Counted from the first letter of the stretch, positions 1 to 10,783 are shown. The stretch is 64,000 bases of DNA from a bacterium (GCA_965218795.1 OZ244653.1:1504001-1568000), one strand, 5' to 3'. Notes: generated by a model from the sequence alone, not told the origin. Numbers and translations: made by a program.

Positions 1-251
1 GCATCGTCCTTTTTCCGGATTGGCGCAGCCTTGACAACTTCCTCGAGTTTCTCCCGCCCCTGCCTTGCCTCCTCCAGCGCCTGTCTCGCCTCCTCCAGGG
101 TCTGTCTCGTCTTCTCCAGGGTCTGTTCAAGCCTGTTGATACGGGTTTCCAACTCTTCCAGCGTCGCCGCATTGACAACCACCGGGAACGACAGAGCCAA
201 AACAACGCACAACAAGCAATTCGTGAGAATTTTCTGAACAAAACCCATCAT
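1..251 (-). CDS. Partial secreted protein with N-terminal coiled coil (possibly outer-membrane porin), runs off window
   Basis: Manual translation MMGFVQKILTNCLLCVVLALSFPVVVNA-ATLEELETRINRLEQTLEKTRQTLEEARQALEEAR: signal peptide, then heptad repeats. Confidence 0.6.
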   Translation of the reverse strand, partial: MMGFVQKILTNCLLCVVLALSFPVVVNAATLEELETRINRLEQTLEKTRQTLEEARQALEEARQGREKLEEVVKAAPIRKKDD

Positions 252-618
252 TCCATTACCCCCCCCAGAAAATAATGTGTATGACATAGGTTTCTTTCCG
301 AACCACTTCCCGTTGCCCAAAATCGGGGTTGTTTGCGCCATCCCTGTAAGAGTCAGTCAATCGATCTCCACGGCGGGAAGTCGCCCGTGTTCTGCCGGAT
401 TCGTCGATCTTCAACCAGCAATTTGCTAATTTCACCAAACGAGGGCTAAAATGTCAACAGAATTATCTTTGGTAGTAAATCGTTGGGGATCGGCTTCGCC
501 GAAATCGCCCGAACACAGAGCCAGCACGGCAGGAGCGACCGTTCGCCCTCGGCAGTTGCTCCGGACCAACCCTTCTCTTATGACGTGACGCGCAGAACAC
601 CCAAAGGAGGATTCAGTG

Positions 619-1653
619 ATGAAACTCAAAGCTCTTACGCTCGCCGTCGTCGTCGCGCTCGGCATGGCGGGGGCCGCCGTCGCGCCCGGCAAGGCGGAAG
701 CCGTCTGCAAGGTCCATATCGGCGACCTCAACTGGGACAGCGCCAATTTCCACGACCAAGTGGTCGCCTTCATCCTGAAGCACGGATATGGCTGCGAGGT
801 GAATCTGACCTATGGCGGCACCCTCCCGATCATGGCGGCGCATTACCAGCAGAAGAACGACCTGATCATGGAGCTCTGGTACGACAACGTGAAGGACCAA
901 TACGACGACGCCAGGAAAAACGGCAAGGTCCGGATGCTGAGCGCCAACACGCCGGACAGCGAGCAGGGCTGGTACATCCCGCGCTACGTCCAGGAGGCGA
1001 ACCCGGGCCTCCGGTCGGTCCATGACCTGCCGAAGTACAAGCACCTGTTCACGGATCCCGAGGAGCCTTCGAAGGGGCGTTTCGTGAACTGCATCCCCGG
1101 CTGGTCCTGCGAGGTCATCAACTCGGTCAAGCTGCGCGCCTACGGGCTCGAGGAGAGCTTCACCAATTTCCGGCCGGGCTCGGGCGGCGCGCTCGCGGCG
1201 GCGATCAAGGGCGCCTATCTCAAGAAGAAACCGGTGCTCGCCTATTACTGGGTGCCAACGTCGCTTCAAGGTCAGCTCGATCTCGTCAAGCTCGAAGAGC
1301 CGGAATGGAACCAGGCCGATTGGAACGAGATGATGAAGCACGTCCTCGCGGTCAAGAAGGACGGCGAGGAAGCCATGGGCAACCCGACCAAGGCGACGGC
1401 CTACCGGACCATGGAGCTGCCGAAGTCGGTCAGCACCAGGTTAGCGACCCAAAACCCCGAGATCATCGCCTTCATCGAGAAGTACACCCTGCCGTCGAAT
1501 GCGGTCTCGCAGGTGCTGTTCTATCTCGAGAACGAGGCGAACGGCGACGCCAAGGACACCGCCATCCACTTCCTCAAGACCAATGACGTCTGGAAAGGCT
1601 GGGTTCCGGCCGACGTCGCCAGGAAAGTCGAAGCGGCGCTCGCCTCGGCCTGA
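619..1653 (+). CDS. proX: Glycine betaine/proline/histidine-type ABC transporter substrate-binding protein
   Basis: RBS AAGGAGG, signal peptide, NWDS, ELW, EQGWYIP, CIPGWSCE, YYWVP motifs; operon context. Confidence 0.88.
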   Translation: MKLKALTLAVVVALGMAGAAVAPGKAEAVCKVHIGDLNWDSANFHDQVVAFILKHGYGCEVNLTYGGTLPIMAAHYQQKNDLIMELWYDNVKDQYDDARKNGKVRMLSANTPDSEQGWYIPRYVQEANPGLRSVHDLPKYKHLFTDPEEPSKGRFVNCIPGWSCEVINSVKLRAYGLEESFTNFRPGSGGALAAAIKGAYLKKKPVLAYYWVPTSLQGQLDLVKLEEPEWNQADWNEMMKHVLAVKKDGEEAMGNPTKATAYRTMELPKSVSTRLATQNPEIIAFIEKYTLPSNAVSQVLFYLENEANGDAKDTAIHFLKTNDVWKGWVPADVARKVEAALASA

Positions 1654-1717
1654 GGCGCGCCCGCGCGGCGCCCTCCTCCGGGAGGCGCCGCATCGCATTC
1701 GTGAGGAGGTGTTCATC

Positions 1718-2617
1718 GTGGAATTACTGCGCAGCCTGTTGCCCGACTGGGCGGTCGAATGGCCGAAGAGCCTGAACCTGCCGCTCAACAGTTGGACCAA
1801 CGATTTCGTGCGATGGCTGGTCACGGAGTACGGCATCGTCTTCGAGGCCGTTTCCAATTCCATCCTCGCGGTGTTGGTCGGCCTCGAGCATTTCCTGCGC
1901 GACCTGCCCTGGACCGTCACGTTGCTGGGCGTGGTCGCGCTCACCTATCTTTCCAGCGGCCGCAAGTGGGGCGTGACCGCGCTCGTGGGCGGCTCTCTGC
2001 TGTTGATGGGCGTCGTCGATCCCAAGCTCTGGGACTCCGCGATGATGACCCTCTCGGTGATGCTGGTCTCGACCCTGATCTGCATCGTCGTCGGCATCCC
2101 GATCGGCATCGTCCTGTCCCACGGCGACCGTCTCCGGCACATCGTGCTGCCCGTGCTCGATCTGATGCAGACCATGCCGAGCTTCGTCTATCTCATTCCG
2201 GCGATCATGCTCTTCGGCCTCGGGGCGGTGCCGGCCGTGTTCGCCACCGTGATCTACGCGATTCCGCCGGTCATCCGCTTGACCGACCTCGGCATCCGCC
2301 TCGTCGACAAGGAGGTGGCCGAGGCTTCGGACTCCATGGGCGCAAGCCGCAGGCAGAAGCTGATCGGCGTGCAGATACCGATGGCGCTCCCCAACATCAT
2401 GCAGGGTCTCAACCAGACGACGATGATGGCGCTGGCGATGGTCGTGATCGCCTCGATGATAGGAACCCGCGGGCTCGGCAACGAGGTGTTGCTCGGCTTG
2501 CAGCAACTCAACGTCGGACGTGCGCTCGAAGCGGGCGTGGCGATTGTGCTGCTCGCCATCGTCATGGACCGGTCGACCCAGGCCTACGGCAGGCGGCTCA
2601 TCAAGGCCGCCGGATGA
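1718..2617 (+). CDS. proW: ProW-type ABC permease
   Basis: LDLMQTMPSFVYLIP and GLNQTTMMALAMVVIASMIG motifs; GTG start after GAGGAGG. Confidence 0.9.
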   Translation: MELLRSLLPDWAVEWPKSLNLPLNSWTNDFVRWLVTEYGIVFEAVSNSILAVLVGLEHFLRDLPWTVTLLGVVALTYLSSGRKWGVTALVGGSLLLMGVVDPKLWDSAMMTLSVMLVSTLICIVVGIPIGIVLSHGDRLRHIVLPVLDLMQTMPSFVYLIPAIMLFGLGAVPAVFATVIYAIPPVIRLTDLGIRLVDKEVAEASDSMGASRRQKLIGVQIPMALPNIMQGLNQTTMMALAMVVIASMIGTRGLGNEVLLGLQQLNVGRALEAGVAIVLLAIVMDRSTQAYGRRLIKAAG

Positions 2618-2627
2618 GAGCAGGACG

Positions 2628-3680
2628 ATGGCGCTGATCGAGCTCCGGAACGTCTACAAGATCTTCGGGGAGTCCCCGGCCATCGCGATGAACATGGCCG
2701 GGGACGGGGCCGACAAGAGAGAAGTGCTGGCCGAGACCGGATGCACGCTCGCCCTGCGAGACGTCAACCTCTCCGTCGAGCGCGGCGAAACCTTTGTAGT
2801 GATGGGCCTTTCCGGCTGCGGCAAATCCACCTTGCTCCGCCATATCAACCGGCTGATCGACCCGACCGCCGGTCAGGTGGTGGTCGACGGACAGGACGTG
2901 ATCCAACTCGCCCGGAAAGAACTGGTCGCGTTCCGCCGCAAGACCGCGAGCATGGTCTTTCAGCATTTCGCGCTCTTCCCCCACAAGACGGTGACGGAGA
3001 ACACGGCATACGGCCTCGAAGTCCAGGGGGTGGCGCGCGAGGAGCGCATCCGGCGCGCGCGGCGATGGATTGAGAGCGTCGGGCTCACGGGCTACGAGGA
3101 TGCGTACCCACACCAGCTCTCGGGCGGCATGCAGCAACGGGTGGGCCTGGCGCGGGCGCTCTGCATGGACGCCGAGATCCTGCTCATGGACGAGCCCTTC
3201 AGCGCCCTCGATCCGCTCATCCGCAATCAGATGCAGGACCAGTTGATCGAGCTCGAGCGCGAACTTCACAAGACCATCGTATTCATCACCCACGACCTGG
3301 ACGAGGCACTCAAGATGGGCGACCACGTCGCCATCCTGAAGGACGGCATTGTGGAACAGGCCGGCGGCCCGGAGGAGATCCTGCTGAATCCGGCCACAGA
3401 CTACGTGCGCGAGTTCGTGAAGGACGTGAACCACAGCCGCGTGGTGACGGCGGGTACGATCATGACGCCGCCGAACGGCGCGGAGGGCGGGCCGACCGTC
3501 ACGCGCGCCACGGTCATCCGGGACCTGCTGCCGAAGTGCCTGGAGAACGAGACACCGCTGCGGGTGATCGAAGACGACGGCTCCGTGGTCGGCGCCGTCT
3601 CGCGAGAGACCGTCCTGCGCGCTCTCGCCAAGCAGCCCGGGCCGGCTCTCCTCAGTGACCCCCGTCTGGTTCAACCATGA
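2628..3680 (+). CDS. proV: ProV-type ABC ATPase with degenerate CBS tail
   Basis: GLSGCGKST, LSGGMQQRVGLARAL, LLMDEPFSALDPLIR, FITHDLDEA. Confidence 0.92.
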   Translation: MALIELRNVYKIFGESPAIAMNMAGDGADKREVLAETGCTLALRDVNLSVERGETFVVMGLSGCGKSTLLRHINRLIDPTAGQVVVDGQDVIQLARKELVAFRRKTASMVFQHFALFPHKTVTENTAYGLEVQGVAREERIRRARRWIESVGLTGYEDAYPHQLSGGMQQRVGLARALCMDAEILLMDEPFSALDPLIRNQMQDQLIELERELHKTIVFITHDLDEALKMGDHVAILKDGIVEQAGGPEEILLNPATDYVREFVKDVNHSRVVTAGTIMTPPNGAEGGPTVTRATVIRDLLPKCLENETPLRVIEDDGSVVGAVSRETVLRALAKQPGPALLSDPRLVQP

Positions 3681-4050
3681 CGGCAAGTTCACCCATGTGA
3701 ACCCTGCGCGAGGGACTCGCAAGGACGCGAAACATGAGGCGGGACCATCGGACGGCCCTCTCTATTTTGGGTCCCGACGACGACTTTCGATATCTCGAGA
3801 GCCGGGCCCGCGTCGTGAAAATCCGCGAGAAACCGGACGGGTTCAAAAACACACGGGATACGACAACTACGGCGGATCCGGCGAGATTCGGGTCATGTAC
3901 GAAATTTTGCCGGAGCGAGCGACTGACCCGCCTCCCTCGTTGAGCCCGAGATGAAATGATATAATGGGGCTTGCGCTTGGCCGGGAGCGCGCCCGCGTAC
4001 CCGCACGATACATTGGATACCACAGGCATCGGATCGTTATGTAGCAGAAT

Positions 4051-6252
4051 ATGGCGCCCAAAGAACCGCTCAAGATACCCACCCTGCCCTTTGAAAACCT
4101 TCTACTGCCCGATTCCTTTCAGGAACTGGACGATCTGGCTTTCAACCTCCTATGGATTTGGACGGCCAAGACCAGGGCCCTTTTCCGCCGCGTCGAATGG
4201 CGCAACTTGAAACCGAAACGCCAAAACCCCGTCGAACAAATCCTCGGCCACGACTGGCACGAATGGGAAACCCTGATCGCGGACCCGGCCTTCGAGGAGA
4301 GCTATCAAGAAGCTCTCCAAGGGCTGCATCAATACATGAGCGGCCTTGAAGCCTCCTGGTTTCACAAGCGCTACGGAGACCCGGATACCGGACCCATCGC
4401 CTACTTTTCGATGGAGTACGGCCTTCACGACTGTCTCCAGCTTTACAGCGGCGGCCTCGGTGTCCTGTCCGGCGACCATTTAAAGGCCGCGAGCGACCTT
4501 GGAATCCCTCTCGTCGCCGTCGGCCTGCTCTATACACGCGGGTATTTCTACCAAGAGATCGGTCTGGAGGGGAGGCAACAGCACATCTATCCGAATTATG
4601 ATTTCTCGCGCCTCCCGATTCGCACGGTCAAGGCCCCACAGGGCGGCCCGCTCCTGGTTCCGGTCGAGTTCCCCGGCCGGACCGTTCATGCAAAGGTCTG
4701 GAAAGTTCAGGTGGGACGCGTGCCTCTACTCCTCCTCGACACCGACATCCGCGAAAACGATCCCGCCGATCGGTCCATCACCGGCCAGCTTTATGTCGCG
4801 GGCCGGGAAATGCGGCTCTGCCAGGAAATCGTCCTGGGCATCGGCGGCGTCCGGGCCCTCCGGGCCCTTGGGATCAAGCCCTCGGCCTGGCATCTCAACG
4901 AGGGGCACTCTGCCCTCCTCTGCCTGGAAAGGATCCGGGAGTTCGTGGACGAAGGCCGAAGCCGGGAGGAAGCCGCTGAAGAGGTGAGGGCCACCACCGC
5001 CTTTACCACCCACACGCCCGTTCCCGCCGGACAGGAACAATTCGACCGGGATCTGATGGAATGCCATCTCGCGCCTTTTACCGCGGGAACCGATTTGGAC
5101 AGCGCGGAGCTTCTGGCATTGGGCTCGCCCGTTCCGGAGCAAAAGGACATCTCTTCCTTCAGCCTGACCGCCCTCGCCCTCCGCCTCTCGGCCTACGCCA
5201 ACGGCGTCAGCGCGCTCCACGGAGAGGTCAGCCGAAGCATGTTCGGCTCCATACGCGATGAGACCCCCGAGGCTACGCCACCCATCGCCCATATCACCAA
5301 CGGGATACACGCGCCCACCTGGATCGGCCGGGACATCCGGCGGCTGCTGGACTCCCCGGACGGGGGCGATTGGACCGAGCTCTTTCACGACGGTGCCCGC
5401 GGCTGGGAGCGAGCCGTTGAACAGCTCCCCGACGAGGATCTCTGGACGGCCCACCAAAGCCAGAAGGACCGGCTCTTCCGGGTCGTTCGCCAGCAGGTCA
5501 GCGACCAGATGGCGCGTCACGGCGCCGGGCCGGACGAGTTACGGGCCACCCGGGAAATGTTTTCGCAGGAAATCTTCACGATCGGATTCGCGCGGCGGTT
5601 CGCCACGTACAAACGGGCCGAACTTCTGTTCAGCGATCCGGACCGACTGCACGCGCTCGTCAACGACGAAGACCGTCCCGTCCAGATCCTCTACTCGGGC
5701 AAGTCGCACCCGGCCGACGGGCCGGGGCAGGAAACCCTCCGCAGTGTTTATCAATTTTCGAAGGACCCCTCCTTCTCCGGCCGGATCGCGGTGTTGGAGA
5801 ACTACACCATGCGGCTTGGCCGCCTCCTCGTCGGGGGCGTCGACCTCTGGCTGAACACCCCACGGCGTCCCCATGAAGCTTCGGGGACCAGCGGGATGAA
5901 AGCGGCCCTGAACGGCGTCATCCATTGCAGCGTTCTGGACGGCTGGTGGGATGAGGGGTATGACGGGGAAACCGGATGGGCCGTCGGAGACAGGGAGGAG
6001 TTCGCTTCGGAGGAAGAGCAGGACCGGCACGATGCCGACTCCCTTTACGATCTCCTCGAAAACTCCATTCTCCCCCTTTACTATGAGCGCAACGAACAAG
6101 GCCTCCCCCGGGGCTGGCTGGAGATGATGAAAACCTCGATGGCCAGACTGGCGGTACGGTTCAGCGCAGACCGGATGGTCCGGGATTATACCGAGCAGGC
6201 ATATGTCCCCCTCGCCGGCGTCCCCCCGCAAGAGAGAAACCAAGCGTCTTGA
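4051..6252 (+). CDS. glgP: Alpha-glucan (glycogen/starch) phosphorylase
   Basis: YFSMEYG, YSGGLGVLSGDHLK, HLNEGH, FARRFATYKRA, EASGTSGMKAALNG (PLP Lys). Confidence 0.95.
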   Translation: MAPKEPLKIPTLPFENLLLPDSFQELDDLAFNLLWIWTAKTRALFRRVEWRNLKPKRQNPVEQILGHDWHEWETLIADPAFEESYQEALQGLHQYMSGLEASWFHKRYGDPDTGPIAYFSMEYGLHDCLQLYSGGLGVLSGDHLKAASDLGIPLVAVGLLYTRGYFYQEIGLEGRQQHIYPNYDFSRLPIRTVKAPQGGPLLVPVEFPGRTVHAKVWKVQVGRVPLLLLDTDIRENDPADRSITGQLYVAGREMRLCQEIVLGIGGVRALRALGIKPSAWHLNEGHSALLCLERIREFVDEGRSREEAAEEVRATTAFTTHTPVPAGQEQFDRDLMECHLAPFTAGTDLDSAELLALGSPVPEQKDISSFSLTALALRLSAYANGVSALHGEVSRSMFGSIRDETPEATPPIAHITNGIHAPTWIGRDIRRLLDSPDGGDWTELFHDGARGWERAVEQLPDEDLWTAHQSQKDRLFRVVRQQVSDQMARHGAGPDELRATREMFSQEIFTIGFARRFATYKRAELLFSDPDRLHALVNDEDRPVQILYSGKSHPADGPGQETLRSVYQFSKDPSFSGRIAVLENYTMRLGRLLVGGVDLWLNTPRRPHEASGTSGMKAALNGVIHCSVLDGWWDEGYDGETGWAVGDREEFASEEEQDRHDADSLYDLLENSILPLYYERNEQGLPRGWLEMMKTSMARLAVRFSADRMVRDYTEQAYVPLAGVPPQERNQAS

Positions 6253-6362
6253 ATGGAAGGCGCCGCACATCGGCCTGAGACAGCCGGTTCCCCCCATATC
6301 GGCTTTCCCCGAACATGATGAATGAAGGTCATGACAACTCCGTTTCGTCCACTGGAATTTAT

Positions 6363-6950
6363 CTTTTCTTTATAGTTTGTAACATGCCACAGAAACCGGA
6401 GATTGCCAAGTGGCGAGGAGTGAATTGATTCTGCGAGGGTTCCGTGTTCTGAAAACAGATGCGTTGGGTGGGACAAGTCAAAACTCCGAATGGAGCCCGA
6501 TGGGCGCTTCGTTCCCTCGATGCCAAGGCTGACGTCCGGACCAGCGTTGTCGTTCCCCGCCAGACCCGCTGCGTCCCGCACCGACTACAGGCGGTCCATG
6601 CCGCTCGACCCCGCCCCGAGGGACGGCGCCAGCCTCAGCGACAGGCCCCGGCCGTAACCGAGCAGGCCCCACGCCGACACGCGTTCGCTCAGGTTCACCG
6701 TCAGGTTGGACGTGGCGGGTAGCCGCCCGTCCGTACCAGCAACCGCTGCACCGACTTCGTGGAGCATCCGATGGCTGATGCGATCTCCGCGTGTGTCTGA
6801 CCGGCTCTGATCCGTTCTCTGATCTCGAGGCGATCACTCCTGCTTAGCCTTCCATGCTCCTCCCGTGGCCGCATCACCACCCCCCTGGCAATGAGTTGAT
6901 CATTACCAAGATGTTGCGTCGACCCCTTGAGACCGCCGGGGCAAATCCAG
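6363..6950 (-). repeat. Left inverted arm (588 bp): IS30-like end and HTH stub plus autotransporter-like fragment
   Basis: Direct sequence comparison with 9953-10668; lacks 141 bp present in right arm. Confidence 0.92.
6701..6940 (-). pseudogene. IS30-family-like left end and truncated transposase HTH
   Basis: MRPREEHGRLSRSDRLEIRERIRAGQTHAEIASAIGCSTKSVQRLL is HTH-like; preceded by GGCGGTCTCAAGGGGTCGACGCAAC, resembling IS30-family termini; no DDE domain. Confidence 0.6.
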
Positions 6951-6990
6951 GAGGCGCTTCTGAATTGGTGCGCATCGGCGCCGTTTCCCT

Positions 6991-7395
6991 TCACTCGTTT
7001 CGATCCTGCCTCGCCTGTACCAGGCAGTCATTAAACGATGCAGCCATGTTGCGGAGCAGGTTGAAGTACAACTCGGGTCCGCTCTCGATGGTCGAGCCCA
7101 AGGGATCGATAGTGCCGGCCCGCGCCGGCGTGCCTTCGATGATGGTATTGACGAGGCGCGGTTCGAACTGGGGTTCAGCGAACACACAGGTCACGGCCAG
7201 CTCGCGCACCTTGTCGCGGAGCTCCAAAACACGCCGGGCGCCAGGCGATCGCTCCGGGCTGACCACGGCCGAGCCGGCGGCGGTCAGGCCGAAGCGATCC
7301 TCGAAATACCTGTAGCCGTCATGAAAAACAATGAACGGCTTGCCGCGAACCGAAGCTACATCCGCGGCGATCTGCGTGGTCAGTTCGTCCAACCG
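6991..7395 (-). pseudogene. znuA: C-terminal fragment of zinc ABC substrate-binding protein
   Basis: KPFIVFHDGYRYFEDRFGL, SPGARR, CVFAEPQF, DPLG motifs; 5' part absent. Confidence 0.85.
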
Positions 7396-7397
7396 GT

Positions 7398-7670
7398 GCC
7401 CGAGCGCTGATACACCGGCCCGATCTGCTGGTCCTCGACGAACCGGTCCAGGGCGTCGATATCGCGGGGGCGGACGTGCTCCATGAACTGATCGACGAGA
7501 TTCGCCATGATCTCGGCTGCGGTGTCCTGTTGATCTCGCATGACCTCAAAACAGCCATGGATACCGGCGACGACATCGTGGTCCTGGTGCCCCACGAGCA
7601 TGACGAGCAGGCCCATGGCGGTGGCTCCGCGCTCGTTACCGGGTATCACGGCGACGAGCCGCCGGACTGA
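7398..7670 (+). pseudogene. znuC: C-terminal fragment of zinc ABC ATPase
   Basis: ARALIHRPDLLVLDEPVQGVD...GCGVLLISHDL; Walker A half absent. Confidence 0.8.
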
Positions 7671-7673
7671 GCC

Positions 7674-8333
7674 ATGCTGGACGACTTTCTCTCTCGCGCG
7701 CTGCTCGCCGGCATCGGACTGGCACTGGTCACCGGACCGGCGGGATGTTTTATCGTCTGGCGGCGGCTCGCCTATTTTGGCGAGACGATTGCGCATTCGG
7801 CTCTGCTCGGCGTTGCGCTCGCCATCCTGGTCGACCTCCACTTGTCGATCGGAATTTTTGCCACCGCCTCCATGGTCGTGCTGACGATGTTTTATCTCGA
7901 ACGGCGAGACACGCTTCCGGCCGACACATTGCTCGGCTTGCTCGCCCATGGCGGGCTCGCCCTCGGCCTCGTCATCCTGTCTTTCTTTCCGAACATGCGG
8001 CTGGATCTGCAGGCGCTGCTCTTCGGAGATATTCTTGCCGTATCACGCATCGATCTGGCTGTGATCTGGGTGGGTGCCGCCGTCGCGCTGGGGGTGTTGT
8101 GGTGGATCTGGCGTCCGCTGCTGGCAGCGACCGTCAGTGCCGATCTGGCCACCGTGGCGAGCCTGCGGCCGGAGCGCGCACGCCTAGTGTTCGGGATCCT
8201 CGTGGCGGCGGGCATTGTCGCGGTTGTGGGGGGATTGCTCGCCTCGGCGAAGTTCGACACGCCGGCTGGTCCCTCGATCGTCGTGACTGCATTGGCGCTG
8301 TTCATGGTCACCCGCATACGCCGTCCGGGGTAG
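7674..8333 (+). CDS. znuB: Zinc ABC permease, apparently internally deleted (219 aa)
   Basis: GPAGCFIVWRRLAYFGETIAHSALLG, LFGDILAV, DTPAGPSIVV; the usual VG.LLI.ALL.IPAA segment is missing. Confidence 0.8.
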   Translation: MLDDFLSRALLAGIGLALVTGPAGCFIVWRRLAYFGETIAHSALLGVALAILVDLHLSIGIFATASMVVLTMFYLERRDTLPADTLLGLLAHGGLALGLVILSFFPNMRLDLQALLFGDILAVSRIDLAVIWVGAAVALGVLWWIWRPLLAATVSADLATVASLRPERARLVFGILVAAGIVAVVGGLLASAKFDTPAGPSIVVTALALFMVTRIRRPG

Positions 8334-8508
8334 GCAGGAAGCGCTCGCTGAATTCCGCTCCATGGCCTTCACCGTTGCCGAATTCGCGAGACTGGTCGTT
8401 GGGCCCAAATGGTAAACCGAAGCAAGATCCCGCAACCACCATCGGAACCCCGGTCTTGTGACAGGCGAGGCTGCCATGGCGGGCGAATGGTACGAAACGG
8501 CGCGATGT

Positions 8509-9435
8509 TCAACAAGGCGCGGCGATGGAATCGTCGGTGCAGCCCTCCAACTCGATTTGCACCGTGACGTGGCTGATATCGAAGCGTTTGGCTAAGCGGG
8601 CTTGAATTTCGGCAGTGGCCGAATCCGGGTTGGCGCCCTCAATGATTCGTGCGTGCAGGGTCAGCAATGAGCGCTCTTGCGACAAGGACCAAGCGTGCAC
8701 ATGATGCACATCCTCGACGACGGCGATGTGCGAAACCAGATCCGGACCGATTTCACGGACCTCCAATTGCCCGGGAACGCCTTCAAGCAGCACATGCGCC
8801 GCATCCTTCACCAGAAACCAGGCGCTGCGCAGCACCAGCAGCCCGACCAGGACCGAGAGTAGCGGGTCGATCGGCATCCAGCCGGTCGTCATGATGATCA
8901 GCGCCGCGCCGACCGCCGCAGCCGAACCGAGCATGTCGCCCAGCACGTGCAAGAGGGCGCCACGGACATTCAGGTTGTTTCGGTCGGCTCCATGGAGCAC
9001 GACGAACGCGGCGACATTGACGACAAGGCCAAGGCCCGCCACCGCCAGCATCGGGCCGGCTTGCACCTCAGTCGGGTTGACGAGCCGGCCGGCTGCCTCG
9101 GCGAAGATCCAGCCCACGATGAATATAAGGCTAATACCGTTGGTAAAGGCGGCGAGAACCGGAAAGCGGTGGTAGCCGTAAGTGCGTGCCTTGTCGGCGG
9201 GGCGGCGGCTCAGCCGGAAGGCGATCCAGGCAAACAGCAGGGCCACCGTATCGACAAGCATGTGGGCGGCATCGGCCAGCAGCGCTAGAGATCCCGAGAT
9301 CACACCGCCGATCACCTCGGCGAACATGAAGCCCCCGGTCAGCAGCAGGGCCCAAAAGATGCCCCGTGCGTTGCTGCCATGCCCGGTCCCGGCATGTCCA
9401 TGGCCGTTCATATTGTGATTGCCGATCATGGGCAA
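8509..9435 (-). CDS. Cation diffusion facilitator (Zn/Co/Cd exporter, ZitB/CzcD-like)
   Basis: His-rich N-terminus, SLALLADAAHM, TYGYHR, ALLHVLGD, VHHVHAW, HVTVQIE. Confidence 0.92.
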   Translation of the reverse strand: MPMIGNHNMNGHGHAGTGHGSNARGIFWALLLTGGFMFAEVIGGVISGSLALLADAAHMLVDTVALLFAWIAFRLSRRPADKARTYGYHRFPVLAAFTNGISLIFIVGWIFAEAAGRLVNPTEVQAGPMLAVAGLGLVVNVAAFVVLHGADRNNLNVRGALLHVLGDMLGSAAAVGAALIIMTTGWMPIDPLLSVLVGLLVLRSAWFLVKDAAHVLLEGVPGQLEVREIGPDLVSHIAVVEDVHHVHAWSLSQERSLLTLHARIIEGANPDSATAEIQARLAKRFDISHVTVQIELEGCTDDSIAAPC

Positions 9436-9952
9436 GCCCTCGCCAACCGACGACCCGCCGCCGGAAAAGGTGGTTGCATCATTTTCGTCCGTATTGCAGC
9501 AAGTGCCGGGACAATCCTAGCGTGGCTTACCCTATCATGCTTCCCGCCGGCGTGGCCATACTCATCAAACGTCGGCGATCCGCTCAGCGGGCTCGCGGAA
9601 CTGCTTGATGGTCCAATCGGCGGCGTAATCTGAGTCACGCCGGCCGGCCATTGTTGATTAGCGGGGTGCGGTGCGATAGCCGCAGTTGCCGCCGCACCAA
9701 TGCGGAACCGGTGCAGTGACGCGAACGCCGAACGGCCACCGTCGGCGACGAGCGAGATGTCCGGCAGGCCCGGCTACGGAAACCGGCGAACATCGGCGGA
9801 GTGGATGAGAATCCCGATGTCGCCCATCCCGGCACAACTGAATCGTTACCAATAAATCGCCCATCCGGGCCATCACGGGTTGTCGGAACAGATACGGACG
9901 GATTCCACGGCCTGTCGGAACGATGACGTTTCACCCGGCGCAGGGCTGCGCA

Positions 9953-10668
9953 CTGGATTTGCCCCGGCGGTCTCAAGGGGTCGACGCACCATCTTGGTAA
10001 TGATCAACTCATTGCCAGGGGGTGGTGATGCGGCCACGGGAGGAGCATGGAAGGCTAAGCAGGAGTGATCTCCTCGAGATCAGAGCCGGTCAGACACACG
10101 CGGAGATCGCATCAGCCATCGGATGCTCCACGAAGTCGGTGCAGCGGTTGCTGGTACGGACGGGCGGCTACCCGCCACGTCCAACCTGACGGTGAACCTG
10201 AGCGAACGCGTGTCGGCGTGGGGCCTGCTCGGTTACGGCCGGGGCCTGTCGCTGAGGCTGGCGCCGTCCCTCGGGGCGGGGTCGAGCGGCATGGACCGCC
10301 TGTAGTCGGTGCGGGACGCAGCGGGTCTGGCGGGGAACGACAACGCTGGTCCGTCCGGCCGCCTGGACGCGGAGGTCGGCTACGGCCTGGGCGGTCCGTG
10401 GGACGTCGGGGTGGCGACCCCGTACGGGGGCCTCGCATTGTCCGAGGCGGGCTGGCGGACCAGGCGGACGGACATGCGCTGGCGGCTCGGTCCGGACGTC
10501 AGCCTTGGCATCGAGGGAACGAAGCGCCCATCGGGCTCCATTCGGAGTTTTGGCTTGTCCCACCCAACGCATCTGTTTTCAGAACACGGAACCCTCGCAG
10601 AATCAATTCACTCCTCGCCACTTGGCAATCTCCGGTTTCTGTGGCATGTTACAAACTATAAAGAAAAG
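9953..10668 (+). repeat. Right inverted arm (716 bp)
   Basis: Reverse complement of left arm; encodes barrel-like fragments NLSERVSAWGLLGYGRG and RLDAEVGYGL...TPYGGLAL. Confidence 0.92.
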
Positions 10669-10783
10669 GTAATCTTTCCTGCGGTGAATGCCCAAGCCCG
10701 TGCCTGGGGAGAAGTTTCAGGAGTGCAAGGCAGACCTCTCTCTGATTGCGACAAAAGCCCCTTGGCTGGAAAGGCTTCAGAAA

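Larger units (their letters stand above)
6363..10668. mobile_element. Composite element: long inverted arms enclosing ~3 kb zinc-homeostasis cargo
   Basis: 6363-6950 is the reverse complement of 9953-10668 apart from a few indels and substitutions; arms contain IS-like sequence. Confidence 0.7.

Noticed and set aside
256-600. Possible riboswitch between divergent genes (two GGGAAG motifs)
   Set aside because: Other cobalamin riboswitch elements not identifiable
3655-4029. Short ORFs between proV and glgP
   Set aside because: No recognisable motif; at most a gene remnant
9426-9950. Short ORFs at right end of the cargo
   Set aside because: No family motif or convincing start
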